Positions 20,454 through 28,056 of a DNA stretch of 40,080 bases are shown here, one piece after another. Each line of letters starts with the position of its first letter. Positions within the stretch are counted from its first letter, which is position 1. The position numbers and the translations under genes were made by a program. Under the pieces are notes generated by a model. It saw nothing but the letters and a program-made list of their open reading frames with translations, searched no databases and was not told the origin of the DNA. This DNA comes from an uncultured Oscillochloris sp. (lineage in GTDB: Bacteria > Chloroflexota > Chloroflexia > Chloroflexales > Chloroflexaceae), in contig CAIWXH010000229.1 in assembly GCA_903916565.1 (NCBI GenBank), forward strand, positions 1 to 40,080, given 5' to 3'.

Positions 20454-21458
20454 GTGAGCAGCCCACGCTACGCGGCCATCATGGGCTGGGGTATGGCGGT
20501 CCCCCGGCGGGTCGTTACCAACGATGAGCTCGCCCAACGGATCGATACCTCCAATGAGTGGATCCTCACGCGCACAGGCATTACCCAGCGCCATGTGGCT
20601 GGCCCCGATGAGTTCACCTCAGTCCTTGCGACTGCTGCGGGCCGCGAGGCGCTGGAGCGCGCCGGGGTTGCGCCTGAGGCCGTCGATACGCTCATTGTGG
20701 CGACCTGTACCCCCGACCGACCGTTCCCTGCGACCGCTTCGGCTGTCCAGCGGAACCTTGGCATCCCGCGAGCCGGTGCCTTTGACTTGGCGGCGGCTTG
20801 TAGCGGCTTTGTCTACGGTCTGAGTGTCGGCACTGGCTTGATCAAGAGCGGGATGAGCCAGACACTGCTGCTGGTGGCCGCTGATGTCTTCACCAGCCTG
20901 ATTGATTGGGAAGACCGCAACACCTGTGTCCTCTTCGGCGATGGGGCCGGGGCGGTGGTGCTGCGGGCAACCGAGCAGCCCTATGGACTCCTCGCCTCGA
21001 ATATTGGCTCGTGGGGTGAGGGTGAGACGATGATGGCCGTCGATGTCGGCGGCACCCGGGAACCTGCCACCCCCGCCCTGCTCGAACAGCGCCGCCAGTA
21101 CGTCTATATGCACGGTCGTGAGATTTTCAAGCACGCTGTGCGCGGTATGTGTGAGTCGGCTGAACGTGCCGTGGCCGACGCTGGGGTGAGCCTTGACGCG
21201 ATCAAGCTGGTCGTGCCGCACCAGGCGAACTTGCGGATCATTGAGGCAGTGGCGAAACGGCTTGCGCTGCCAATGAATCGCTTTTTCGTCAACCTCGACC
21301 GCTATGGCAATACCTCGGCGGCCTCGGTGCCCATTGCGCTCTATGAGGCCGTGCAGCAGGGACGCCTCGTGGCGGGCGACCTTGTGCTGCTGACCGCGTT
21401 TGGCGGCGGCCTGACCTGGGGTTCCTGTGTCGTGCGCTGGGGAATGTCGCCTCAGTAG
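20454..21458 (+). CDS. fabH: 3-oxoacyl-ACP synthase III
   Basis: 334 aa, GTG start after AGGAGG; ...VVTNDELAQRIDTSNEWILTRTGI..., AAACSGFVYGL (active-site Cys), HQANLRI, GNTSAAS. Confidence 0.94.
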   Translation: MSSPRYAAIMGWGMAVPRRVVTNDELAQRIDTSNEWILTRTGITQRHVAGPDEFTSVLATAAGREALERAGVAPEAVDTLIVATCTPDRPFPATASAVQRNLGIPRAGAFDLAAACSGFVYGLSVGTGLIKSGMSQTLLLVAADVFTSLIDWEDRNTCVLFGDGAGAVVLRATEQPYGLLASNIGSWGEGETMMAVDVGGTREPATPALLEQRRQYVYMHGREIFKHAVRGMCESAERAVADAGVSLDAIKLVVPHQANLRIIEAVAKRLALPMNRFFVNLDRYGNTSAASVPIALYEAVQQGRLVAGDLVLLTAFGGGLTWGSCVVRWGMSPQ

Positions 21459-21503
21459 GCTTCAAGCGAAGCCTTTTCATTATATGGTTCACATCTAAGA
21501 TTT

Positions 21504-22460
21504 ATGAGTACAGCGTGGGTCTTTCCAGGTCAGGGTTCGCAGACGGTTGGGATGGGCCGCGACCTCTATGCGCGCTCACGGGCGGCCCGAGCAGTATTTG
21601 ACGAGGCTGACGCGGTTCTCGGCTTGTCAATCACGCGCCTCTGCTTCGAGGGGTCGGAGGGGGAGTTGACCGCGACCGAGAACGCGCAACCCGCTTTGCT
21701 GACGATGTCGATAGCGCTGCTACGGGCGCTTGAGGAGGCGCGGGGCGAACCGCTGCCAGCGCCAAGCGCCGTGGCTGGCCATAGTCTTGGCGAATTCTCT
21801 GCCCTGGTGGCAGGGGGGGCGCTCGACTTTGCGACGGCACTGCGGTTGGTGCGTCGCCGTGGCGAATTGATGGCCGAGGCCCAGGAAGGCAGCATGGCTG
21901 CCGTGATTGGGATGAGCGACGGCGATCTCGACCAGGTCTGCCGCGAGGTGCGCGACTCGCTTGCGACACACCCCGAGGCGCTGAACACGGTGGTGGTGGC
22001 GAACTATAACGCGCCTGACCAACTCGTGATTAGTGGCAGCGCCTTGGCCGTCGAGCACGCCGGCCTATTGGCGAAGGTGCGCGGGGCGAAGCGCGTGGTT
22101 CCGCTCAAGGTCAGTGCGGCCTTTCATTCGCCCTTGATGGTTCACGCCGCCGCAGGGATGGCGCGGACGATTGAGACTGCCGCCATCAAGGCGCTGCGCG
22201 TGCCGCTGATCGCGAATGTTACCGCGAAGCCCTTAGTGACGCCCGACGATGTGCGCCGCGAGGCGGTCGATCAGGTGACGTCGCCCGTGCGCTGGATCGC
22301 CTCGGTGCAGCACATGGCCCACGATGGGGTGGCCGCGTTCCTTGAGTTTGGCCCCGGGAAGGTGTTGACTGGCCTGATTAAGCGTATTGTGCCCCACGCC
22401 CGCCTGGTGAATATCAGCAACGCGGATGATGTGCGGGCCTTCAACGTAGAGAATAGCTGA
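21504..22460 (+). CDS. fabD: Malonyl-CoA:ACP transacylase
   Basis: 318 aa, VFPGQGSQTVGMGRDL...GHSLGEFSALV...AFHSPLM. Confidence 0.95.
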   Translation: MSTAWVFPGQGSQTVGMGRDLYARSRAARAVFDEADAVLGLSITRLCFEGSEGELTATENAQPALLTMSIALLRALEEARGEPLPAPSAVAGHSLGEFSALVAGGALDFATALRLVRRRGELMAEAQEGSMAAVIGMSDGDLDQVCREVRDSLATHPEALNTVVVANYNAPDQLVISGSALAVEHAGLLAKVRGAKRVVPLKVSAAFHSPLMVHAAAGMARTIETAAIKALRVPLIANVTAKPLVTPDDVRREAVDQVTSPVRWIASVQHMAHDGVAAFLEFGPGKVLTGLIKRIVPHARLVNISNADDVRAFNVENS

Positions 22461-23206
22461 TGGTGCTCTCCAACCAGGTGGCAGTGGTCACAGGTGGCTC
22501 ACGGGGCATTGGTCGGGCGGCCGCACTTGAGTTGGCTACCCAAGGTGCCCGTGTGCTGGTGAATTACCAGCGCAGCGCTGCTGCCGCTGAAGAGGTGGTG
22601 ACCCTCATTACGGCTGCCGGTGGTGAGGCTTTCACCATCGCTGCTGACGTGAGTGATGAGGCGGAGGCCCAGGGTGTCGTTGACGCCGCGCTTGAGCGCT
22701 GGGGGCGGCTCGATATTCTGGTGAATAATGCCGGTGTGACGGACGATGCGCTGCTGGCTCGTATGCGCCCTGAGCAGTGGCACCGCGTGATCGAGATTGA
22801 TTTGACCTCGGTCTTTCTGTGCTGTCGTGCGGTTCTGCCTACCATGCGCCGTCAGGGCTATGGGCGCATCATTAATATTGGCTCGCTGGCGGGGTTGGCG
22901 GGGAATGTTGGACAGACCAACTATGCGGCGGCCAAGGCTGGGCTGATCGGCTTCACCAGGGCGCTGGCCCGCGAGTCAGCCGCGTTGGGCATCACGGCGA
23001 ATGTGGTGGCACCGGGGTATATCGAGACGGACATGTTCGAGACGGTGTCGCCGGCGGTGCGTGATTGGGCCGTGGGCATCATCGCGATGGGGCGCTTCGG
23101 TCGCCCCGAGGAAGTTGCCGCCACGATTGCCTTCCTGGCTTCGCCACGGGCTTCGTACATCACCGGGCACGTGTTGACGGTGGACGGTGGGTGGGTCATG
23201 CCATAG
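22460..23206 (+). CDS. fabG: 3-oxoacyl-ACP reductase
   Basis: 248 aa, VTGGSRGIGRA...NNAG...NYAAAKAGLIGFT...; the ATG overlaps the fabD TGA. Confidence 0.92.
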   Translation: MVLSNQVAVVTGGSRGIGRAAALELATQGARVLVNYQRSAAAAEEVVTLITAAGGEAFTIAADVSDEAEAQGVVDAALERWGRLDILVNNAGVTDDALLARMRPEQWHRVIEIDLTSVFLCCRAVLPTMRRQGYGRIINIGSLAGLAGNVGQTNYAAAKAGLIGFTRALARESAALGITANVVAPGYIETDMFETVSPAVRDWAVGIIAMGRFGRPEEVAATIAFLASPRASYITGHVLTVDGGWVMP

Positions 23207-23242
23207 GGGCGGAGCATACTCTGGCCTCTGGTTTGGGGAAAC

Positions 23243-23992
23243 GTGATGGACTTTAGCGGCCAGGTGGCGGTCGTGACGGGTGGGTCGCGAGGAATAGGGC
23301 GGGCGGTCGTGCAGGGCCTCGCCCGGCGCGGGGCGCGGGTGCTGTTTTGCTACCGCGAACGGATCGATGCCGCCGAGGAGACGTTGGCCCTGGCGAGTGC
23401 TGACGGCGGTGAGGTGGTGGCGCTGCGTGTCGATGTCACCGATCCGACGGCTGGCGCGGCGTTGGTGGGCGCGGTTCAAGCGCGCTGGGGGCGCCTAGAT
23501 GTGCTGGTAAACTGCGCCGGCATGGCTGCGTTCGGTTCGATTGAGACCATGAGTCTGGAGCGCTGGCACGCGACCCTGGCGACTAATCTGACGGGGGTCT
23601 ACCATGTGTGTCGGGCGGCCTTGCGTCCGATGATGCAGCGGCGCTATGGGCGGATTGTGAACTTGGCTGCGTTCCACGCGATGCGCGGCTTCCCGGGCCA
23701 GGCCGACTATTCGGCGGCCACCGGGGGTGTGCTGGGGATGACTCGTGCGTTGGCCCGCGAGGTGGCGGCGTGGGCGATCACCGTCAATGCGGTGGCACCA
23801 GGCTTTATCGCGACCGAGTTGCTTGAGGCAACCCCCCCCGAGGTGCAGGTCTGGGCCGAGCAGATTATGGCGATGCGCCGCGCTGGCACGCCAGAGGAAG
23901 CCGCCGCGCCGATTCTCTTTCTGGCCTCGCCGTTAGCCTCGTACATCACTGGGCATACGCTGGCGGTGGATGGCGGCTGGGCGATGGTGTAA
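23243..23992 (+). CDS. Second short-chain dehydrogenase/reductase (FabG paralogue)
   Basis: 249 aa, VTGGSRGIGRAVV...NCAG...YSAATGGVLGMTRALA.... The catalytic tetrad context resembles FabG but has diverged. Confidence 0.85.
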   Translation: MMDFSGQVAVVTGGSRGIGRAVVQGLARRGARVLFCYRERIDAAEETLALASADGGEVVALRVDVTDPTAGAALVGAVQARWGRLDVLVNCAGMAAFGSIETMSLERWHATLATNLTGVYHVCRAALRPMMQRRYGRIVNLAAFHAMRGFPGQADYSAATGGVLGMTRALAREVAAWAITVNAVAPGFIATELLEATPPEVQVWAEQIMAMRRAGTPEEAAAPILFLASPLASYITGHTLAVDGGWAMV

Positions 23993-24018
23993 CGTCGGCC
24001 AAAATCGTGGGCACGGCA

Positions 24019-24045
24019 AAGGCCGGAGGTTTTACCTCCGGCCTT
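24019..24045. terminator. 11-bp perfect hairpin after the SDR gene (possibly a bidirectional terminator)
   Basis: AAGGCCGGAGG-TTTTA-CCTCCGGCCTT. The minus-strand reading is followed by TTTGCC. Confidence 0.5.
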
Positions 24046-24143
24046 GCGCTGAACCACGTATCGTTGATTCCAACCTACAGCGTCCGACAAGTTCCGACGA
24101 GCGTACAGGCCCCGAAAGGCGCTGACGAGCAAATGGCGCGTCA

Positions 24144-24223
24144 GGCTCCGACGTACGATCAGTTCCCGATAGGCTCCGACGTGCGTACAGTTCCCTTCTG
24201 GCTGCCGACGTGCGTGCAGTTCC
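24144..24223. repeat. 28-bp tandem repeat, 3 units (GGCTCCGACGTRCG.. ..CAGTTCCC)
   Basis: Units start at 24144, 24172 and 24200. Units 1 and 2 match at 21 of the first 24 positions. A degenerate relative (GTTCCGACGAGCGTACAGGCCCC) sits at about 24091-24113. Confidence 0.8.
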
Positions 24224-24820
24224 TTGTACCTGTGCGTTGATCTCCTTTGGGCTTAGTACCTCAAGGGTCAGACGCGACCAGCAACACCGATTCCCAGCTT
24301 ACTTATCTCGTAGCAGATCCTGAGCTGCTCTGCCTCTGACGGCGCTTGTGCGGCCCCGCCTAGGCTAGCTTTTGCTTTCGGGTGTGGCTCTTGCGGTGCG
24401 CGGGTTTGCAACTTGTGCCTCGCGCGATGAGCTTTGCTATGAGAGACAGTCACGCCACTCGCAGAGCAGCCAACCGCTCCCTCAGCGGTTCGGCGCTTGT
24501 CTGTCAGGCTCCCTGGAGTGACCACTCGGTGTCAGTTCCATTTCCCCTGACGTACGCCTCTCCCCCTCAATCGTGAATTTTTTCTTTACACTCTGGGGTA
24601 GACGCTTGTCTTGTGACTGTGCGTTTTCAACTGTTCAAGTGCCTTGGTGCTTCGTCGTTTCCTTCAGGCTTCAACGCTATGATAGCATTGTTATGCCCTG
24701 AAAGCAAGCACTTAATCGTTTCTTAACGATAATAAAGATAATCAAGCGGGAGAATGAGCGTACTACGCGCTGGTATACGGAAAGAAAAGCTTGGCTTCTT
24801 GCGAAGATGTGTAAAGCGTT

Positions 24821-26296
24821 TTACGGATTATCGCGGGACACCCGCTCGGCGACGGCGCGCCCCGAGAGCAGTACGAGCGGGATGCCGCCACCAGGGTGGG
24901 TGCCTCCGCCGACGAAATATAGGCCACGCACACCTTGGGCGCGTAGGGGTGGGCGCATAAAGGCCGCAAAGGGATTATTTGACGCGAGGCCGTAGATGGC
25001 ACCTCCGGCGGCGTTGTAGCGCCCCTCAAGGTCGGCGGGCGTCCAGGTTTGTGCGTAGGTGATGTGCTGGCCGAGTCCGGTGAGGCCCATACGTTCGAGC
25101 TTGGCGACCACCAACTCGCGGTACGGTGCCGCCTCGCGTGTCCAGCATACGCGCTCGGTGAGCGCGGGCGCGTTCACCAGGACGAAGAGGTTCATGTGGC
25201 CGGGGGGCGCATGCGCTGGGTCGCTTACGCAACTGGCGGCAACGTAGACGGTCGGGTCGGCGGCGGGGACGCCGTGGTCAAAGATCGCGGCGAACTCGCG
25301 GGGGTAGTCGTGGCTGAAGAAGATGTTGTGGTGGGCCAACTGGGGGTAGCTGCGCTTGACGCCCAGGAAAAGGATAAAGCCGCTGCACGAGGGTTCAAGA
25401 CGCGCTAAATGCCGTGCCGTACGCGCTTGGCCGGGAATGAGGGTCGCGTAGGCGTAGCGCGGGTCGGCGTTGACGACCACTTGGCTGGCGGATAGCGCTT
25501 CGCCGCAGGTCAGACGTACGCCGTGGGCCACCCCGTGCTGATAGAGAATTTGGGCGACCGGGGCGTTGAGGCGCAGCTCGACGCCAAGCTCGGTGCAGAG
25601 TTGGGCGAGGGCCACGGCCAGACCGTACATGCCGCCGCGCACGTACCAGCCGCCCTCGGCAAATTCGATGTAGCTGATTACATTGAAGGTGGCGGGCGAG
25701 CGGTAGGGCGACGAGCCATTGTAGGTGGCGTAGCGGTTAAAGATCTGGCGCAGGTACGGGCTGTGGAAGAAGGCGCGCACGGCGGCATCAACGCTGCGGA
25801 GGGCGTCAATGCGCGGCCCATCGCGCAGCAGCCGTGGGGTAAGCAGCTCGCGCAGCCCGTCGAAGGGTTTGAGCAGAAAGTTATCGGCGACGGCATCGTA
25901 GATCGTCGCGGTGTGGGCGAGGAAGCGGAAAAAGCCCGGTACGTCGCTCGGACTGAGGCGCTCAACCGCTTGAATGAACTGCGGCAGGCGCTGCCATGCG
26001 TTGAAGGTGGTGCCGTCGGGCCAGGTGTAGCGGCAGGTGGGCTCGATCTGATCGATCTGGAGGTAGTCGGCGGTGCGGCGTCCCGCTGCGGCGAACAGTT
26101 CGTCAATCACCCAGGGCATAGTGAGCAGCGAGGGGCCGGTATCGAACGTGTAGCCCTGGGCGCTGAGCAGGTTGAGTTTGCCGCCTACGCGCTCGTTCTG
26201 CTCAACGATGGTGACGCGGCGCCCCATGGCGGCAAGCCGGATGGCGGTGGCGAGGCCGCCTAAGCCTGCGCCAACGATGATCACTCGATCAGACAT
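24821..26296 (-). CDS. Phytoene desaturase-family FAD-dependent oxidoreductase (CrtI/CrtD-like)
   Basis: 491 aa. N-terminal dinucleotide fold VIIVGAGLGGLATAIRLAAMGRRVTIVEQNERVGGK. C-terminal LYFVGGGTHPGGGIPLVLLSGRAVAE is typical of the CrtI family. The exact substrate cannot be assigned. Confidence 0.85.
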   Translation of the reverse strand: MSDRVIIVGAGLGGLATAIRLAAMGRRVTIVEQNERVGGKLNLLSAQGYTFDTGPSLLTMPWVIDELFAAAGRRTADYLQIDQIEPTCRYTWPDGTTFNAWQRLPQFIQAVERLSPSDVPGFFRFLAHTATIYDAVADNFLLKPFDGLRELLTPRLLRDGPRIDALRSVDAAVRAFFHSPYLRQIFNRYATYNGSSPYRSPATFNVISYIEFAEGGWYVRGGMYGLAVALAQLCTELGVELRLNAPVAQILYQHGVAHGVRLTCGEALSASQVVVNADPRYAYATLIPGQARTARHLARLEPSCSGFILFLGVKRSYPQLAHHNIFFSHDYPREFAAIFDHGVPAADPTVYVAASCVSDPAHAPPGHMNLFVLVNAPALTERVCWTREAAPYRELVVAKLERMGLTGLGQHITYAQTWTPADLEGRYNAAGGAIYGLASNNPFAAFMRPPLRAQGVRGLYFVGGGTHPGGGIPLVLLSGRAVAERVSRDNP

Positions 26297-26320
26297 ATCG
26301 CAGTCCTATACTGGTCGTGA

Positions 26321-26431
26321 AGCCGGGGGGCTGAAGCCCCCGGCTCTTGGGTGCGAAGCCTGCCTTCGCAGGCTCGTTGAGGCCGCGCAGGCGGCCTTCG
26401 TACCCCGTAGCCCGTGGCTTCAGCCACCGGG
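26321..26431. repeat. Cluster of four consecutive GC-rich hairpins sharing the GAAGCC/GGCTTC word
   Basis: Stems at 26321-26345, 26357-26374, 26380-26397 and 26411-26431, with tetraloop-like CTTC, GCAG and TTCA loops. TGAAGCC or CGAAGCC appears four times, once inverted. Confidence 0.7.
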
Positions 26432-26477
26432 CGGACGCTCAACAACCCCTGTAGGATTGCTATATAGCTCACACAAC

Positions 26478-26504
26478 GGAGGGACGCCCAGGGGGCGTCC
26501 CTCC
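26478..26504 (-). terminator. Terminator hairpin 26 nt downstream of the cpaF-like stop
   Basis: GGAGGGACGCC/GGCGTCCCTCC form an 11-bp perfect stem. The minus-strand reading is followed by GTTGTGTG. Confidence 0.55.
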
Positions 26505-26529
26505 GCACTTAACGCTTTGGGCTGTGCGC

Positions 26530-28014
26530 CTACCAGCCCTTTTTCTGGCCGGGGACTTGGGCGCCGAAGATGCTGGGCGGCAGTTTGAAGCCGTGGGCTT
26601 CGAGGCGGGGCGTGAAGCGCGGGCGCACGCCGGTCGGCTTCATCTCGCACTGGATCTTGCCCTCAGGGGTCTTGCCCAAGATTTCGAGCTTGAAGATGTC
26701 CTGGAGCACCACCGTCTCACCTTCCATGCCCTGCACCTCGGTGATGTAGGTGACCTTGCGCTGGCCGTCATCAAGGCGCGACTGCTGGACGATGATATCA
26801 ATGGCCGAGGCGATCTGCTCGCGAATAACCTTGAGCGGCAGATCCATACCCGCCATCATCGACATCGTCTCCATACGGGCGAGGGCGTCGCGGGGAGTAT
26901 TGGCGTGGAGCGTGGTGAGTGAGCCGTCGTGGCCGGTGTTCATCGCCTGAAGCATGTCGAGCGTCTCGCCACCGCGACACTCGCCGATGACGACACGCTC
27001 GGGGCGCATACGTAGCGAGTTAATCACCAAGTCGCGGATCTGGACGCGGCCACTGCCGTCAACTTCGGCGGGCTTGGCCTCAAGGCGCACGACGTGATCC
27101 TGACCGAGTTGAAGCTCGGCGCTGTCCTCAATCGTGACGATGCGCTCGTCTTCGGGGATGAAGTTCGAGAGCACATTGAGCAACGTCGTCTTGCCGGAGC
27201 CAGTCCCACCGGCGACGACAATATTCAGGCGGCTGACCACGCACGCCCGCAGGAACTCGGCCATCTCGGGGCTCATCGAGCCGAAGCGCACAAGGTCGTC
27301 AATCTTGAGCTTATTCTTCGAGAACTTACGGATGGTGATCGTGCAGCCATCAATCGCGCATGGCGGAATAATCGCATTCACGCGGGAGCCGTCGGGCAGA
27401 CGGGCGTCCACCATCGGCCACTTGCGGTCCACGCGGCGACCGAGGGGGCGGATGATGCGGTCAACGATTTTCAGCACATGCTCGTCGTTGGCGAAACGGA
27501 TGGCGGTCAGTTTTAGCTTGCCCTTCGACTCGACGTAGACCCGGTTCGGGCCATTGACCATGACCTCGGAGATCGCATCGTCGTTGAGGAGTTGCTGGAT
27601 GGGGCCGAAGCCCATCAGTTCATCGCAGACCATGGTGAAGAGTTGCTTGACTTGTTCGCCAGGGAGACTGACGCCCGCCTGCTGATAGACGCGGGCGAAG
27701 CGTTCCTGGAGCAACTTTTCGGTTTCAGGCGAGCGCTTGAGTTCATTCTGATTGCCGAGCGAGGCTTGGATGCGGTCAACGCACCAGAGCGAGAGATCGA
27801 GGATTTGCTGCTGGCCGTTCGGCTGCGCGGCCTCCTCGAAGGGGATGCTGCTAATCGGCTGGCTGCGCGGCTCCGCGCTGCCTGGGGCGGCGGGTGCGGC
27901 GGGTGGCTGGGGCGGTGGTGCGATGGGGGTCAGGGTTGGGATGGCGACTGGGGCTATCGCTACGGGTTCGTTTGGCTGGGGGGAGCCGCCGCCAAGACGT
28001 TTCAGCAGAGACAT
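26530..28014 (-). CDS. cpaF: CpaF/TadA-family type II/IV secretion ATPase with a Pro/Ala-rich N-terminal linker
   Basis: 494 aa. Walker [16 protein letters not shown]; Asp box and Walker [13 protein letters not shown]...[14 protein letters not shown]; His box [23 protein letters not shown] lies upstream. Confidence 0.9.
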   Translation of the reverse strand: MSLLKRLGGGSPQPNEPVAIAPVAIPTLTPIAPPPQPPAAPAAPGSAEPRSQPISSIPFEEAAQPNGQQQILDLSLWCVDRIQASLGNQNELKRSPETEKLLQERFARVYQQAGVSLPGEQVKQLFTMVCDELMGFGPIQQLLNDDAISEVMVNGPNRVYVESKGKLKLTAIRFANDEHVLKIVDRIIRPLGRRVDRKWPMVDARLPDGSRVNAIIPPCAIDGCTITIRKFSKNKLKIDDLVRFGSMSPEMAEFLRACVVSRLNIVVAGGTGSGKTTLLNVLSNFIPEDERIVTIEDSAELQLGQDHVVRLEAKPAEVDGSGRVQIRDLVINSLRMRPERVVIGECRGGETLDMLQAMNTGHDGSLTTLHANTPRDALARMETMSMMAGMDLPLKVIREQIASAIDIIVQQSRLDDGQRKVTYITEVQGMEGETVVLQDIFKLEILGKTPEGKIQCEMKPTGVRPRFTPRLEAHGFKLPPSIFGAQVPGQKKGW

Positions 28015-28056
28015 AGGATTATGCTTCCTTTACGCGACGGGTGGAGCGTTCTGGAG

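Noticed and set aside
24144-24223. CRISPR array.
   Set aside because: The repeat units are contiguous with no spacers, there are only three copies, and no cas genes are present.
24007-24576. Track ORFs 24007-24240(+), 24268-24525(-) and 24382-24576(+) in the orphan spacer, and 24754-24960(+).
   Set aside because: They have no convincing RBS and odd low-complexity products. One overlaps the tandem repeats and another runs antisense into the desaturase gene. No ACP-like DSLD motif was found that would mark a hidden acpP.
24000-24820. I checked whether the orphan spacer hides tmRNA, RNase P RNA, SRP/4.5S RNA, 6S RNA or a tRNA.
   Set aside because: I found none of the hallmark strings on either strand: GGTTCGA-type T-loop/CCA end, GAGGAAAGTCCGG and ACAGAACCCGGCTTA of RNase P, the SRP domain IV GGAAGCAGCC-type motif, or a tmRNA tag ORF. 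This does not exclude a novel or divergent RNA; an Infernal scan is needed.
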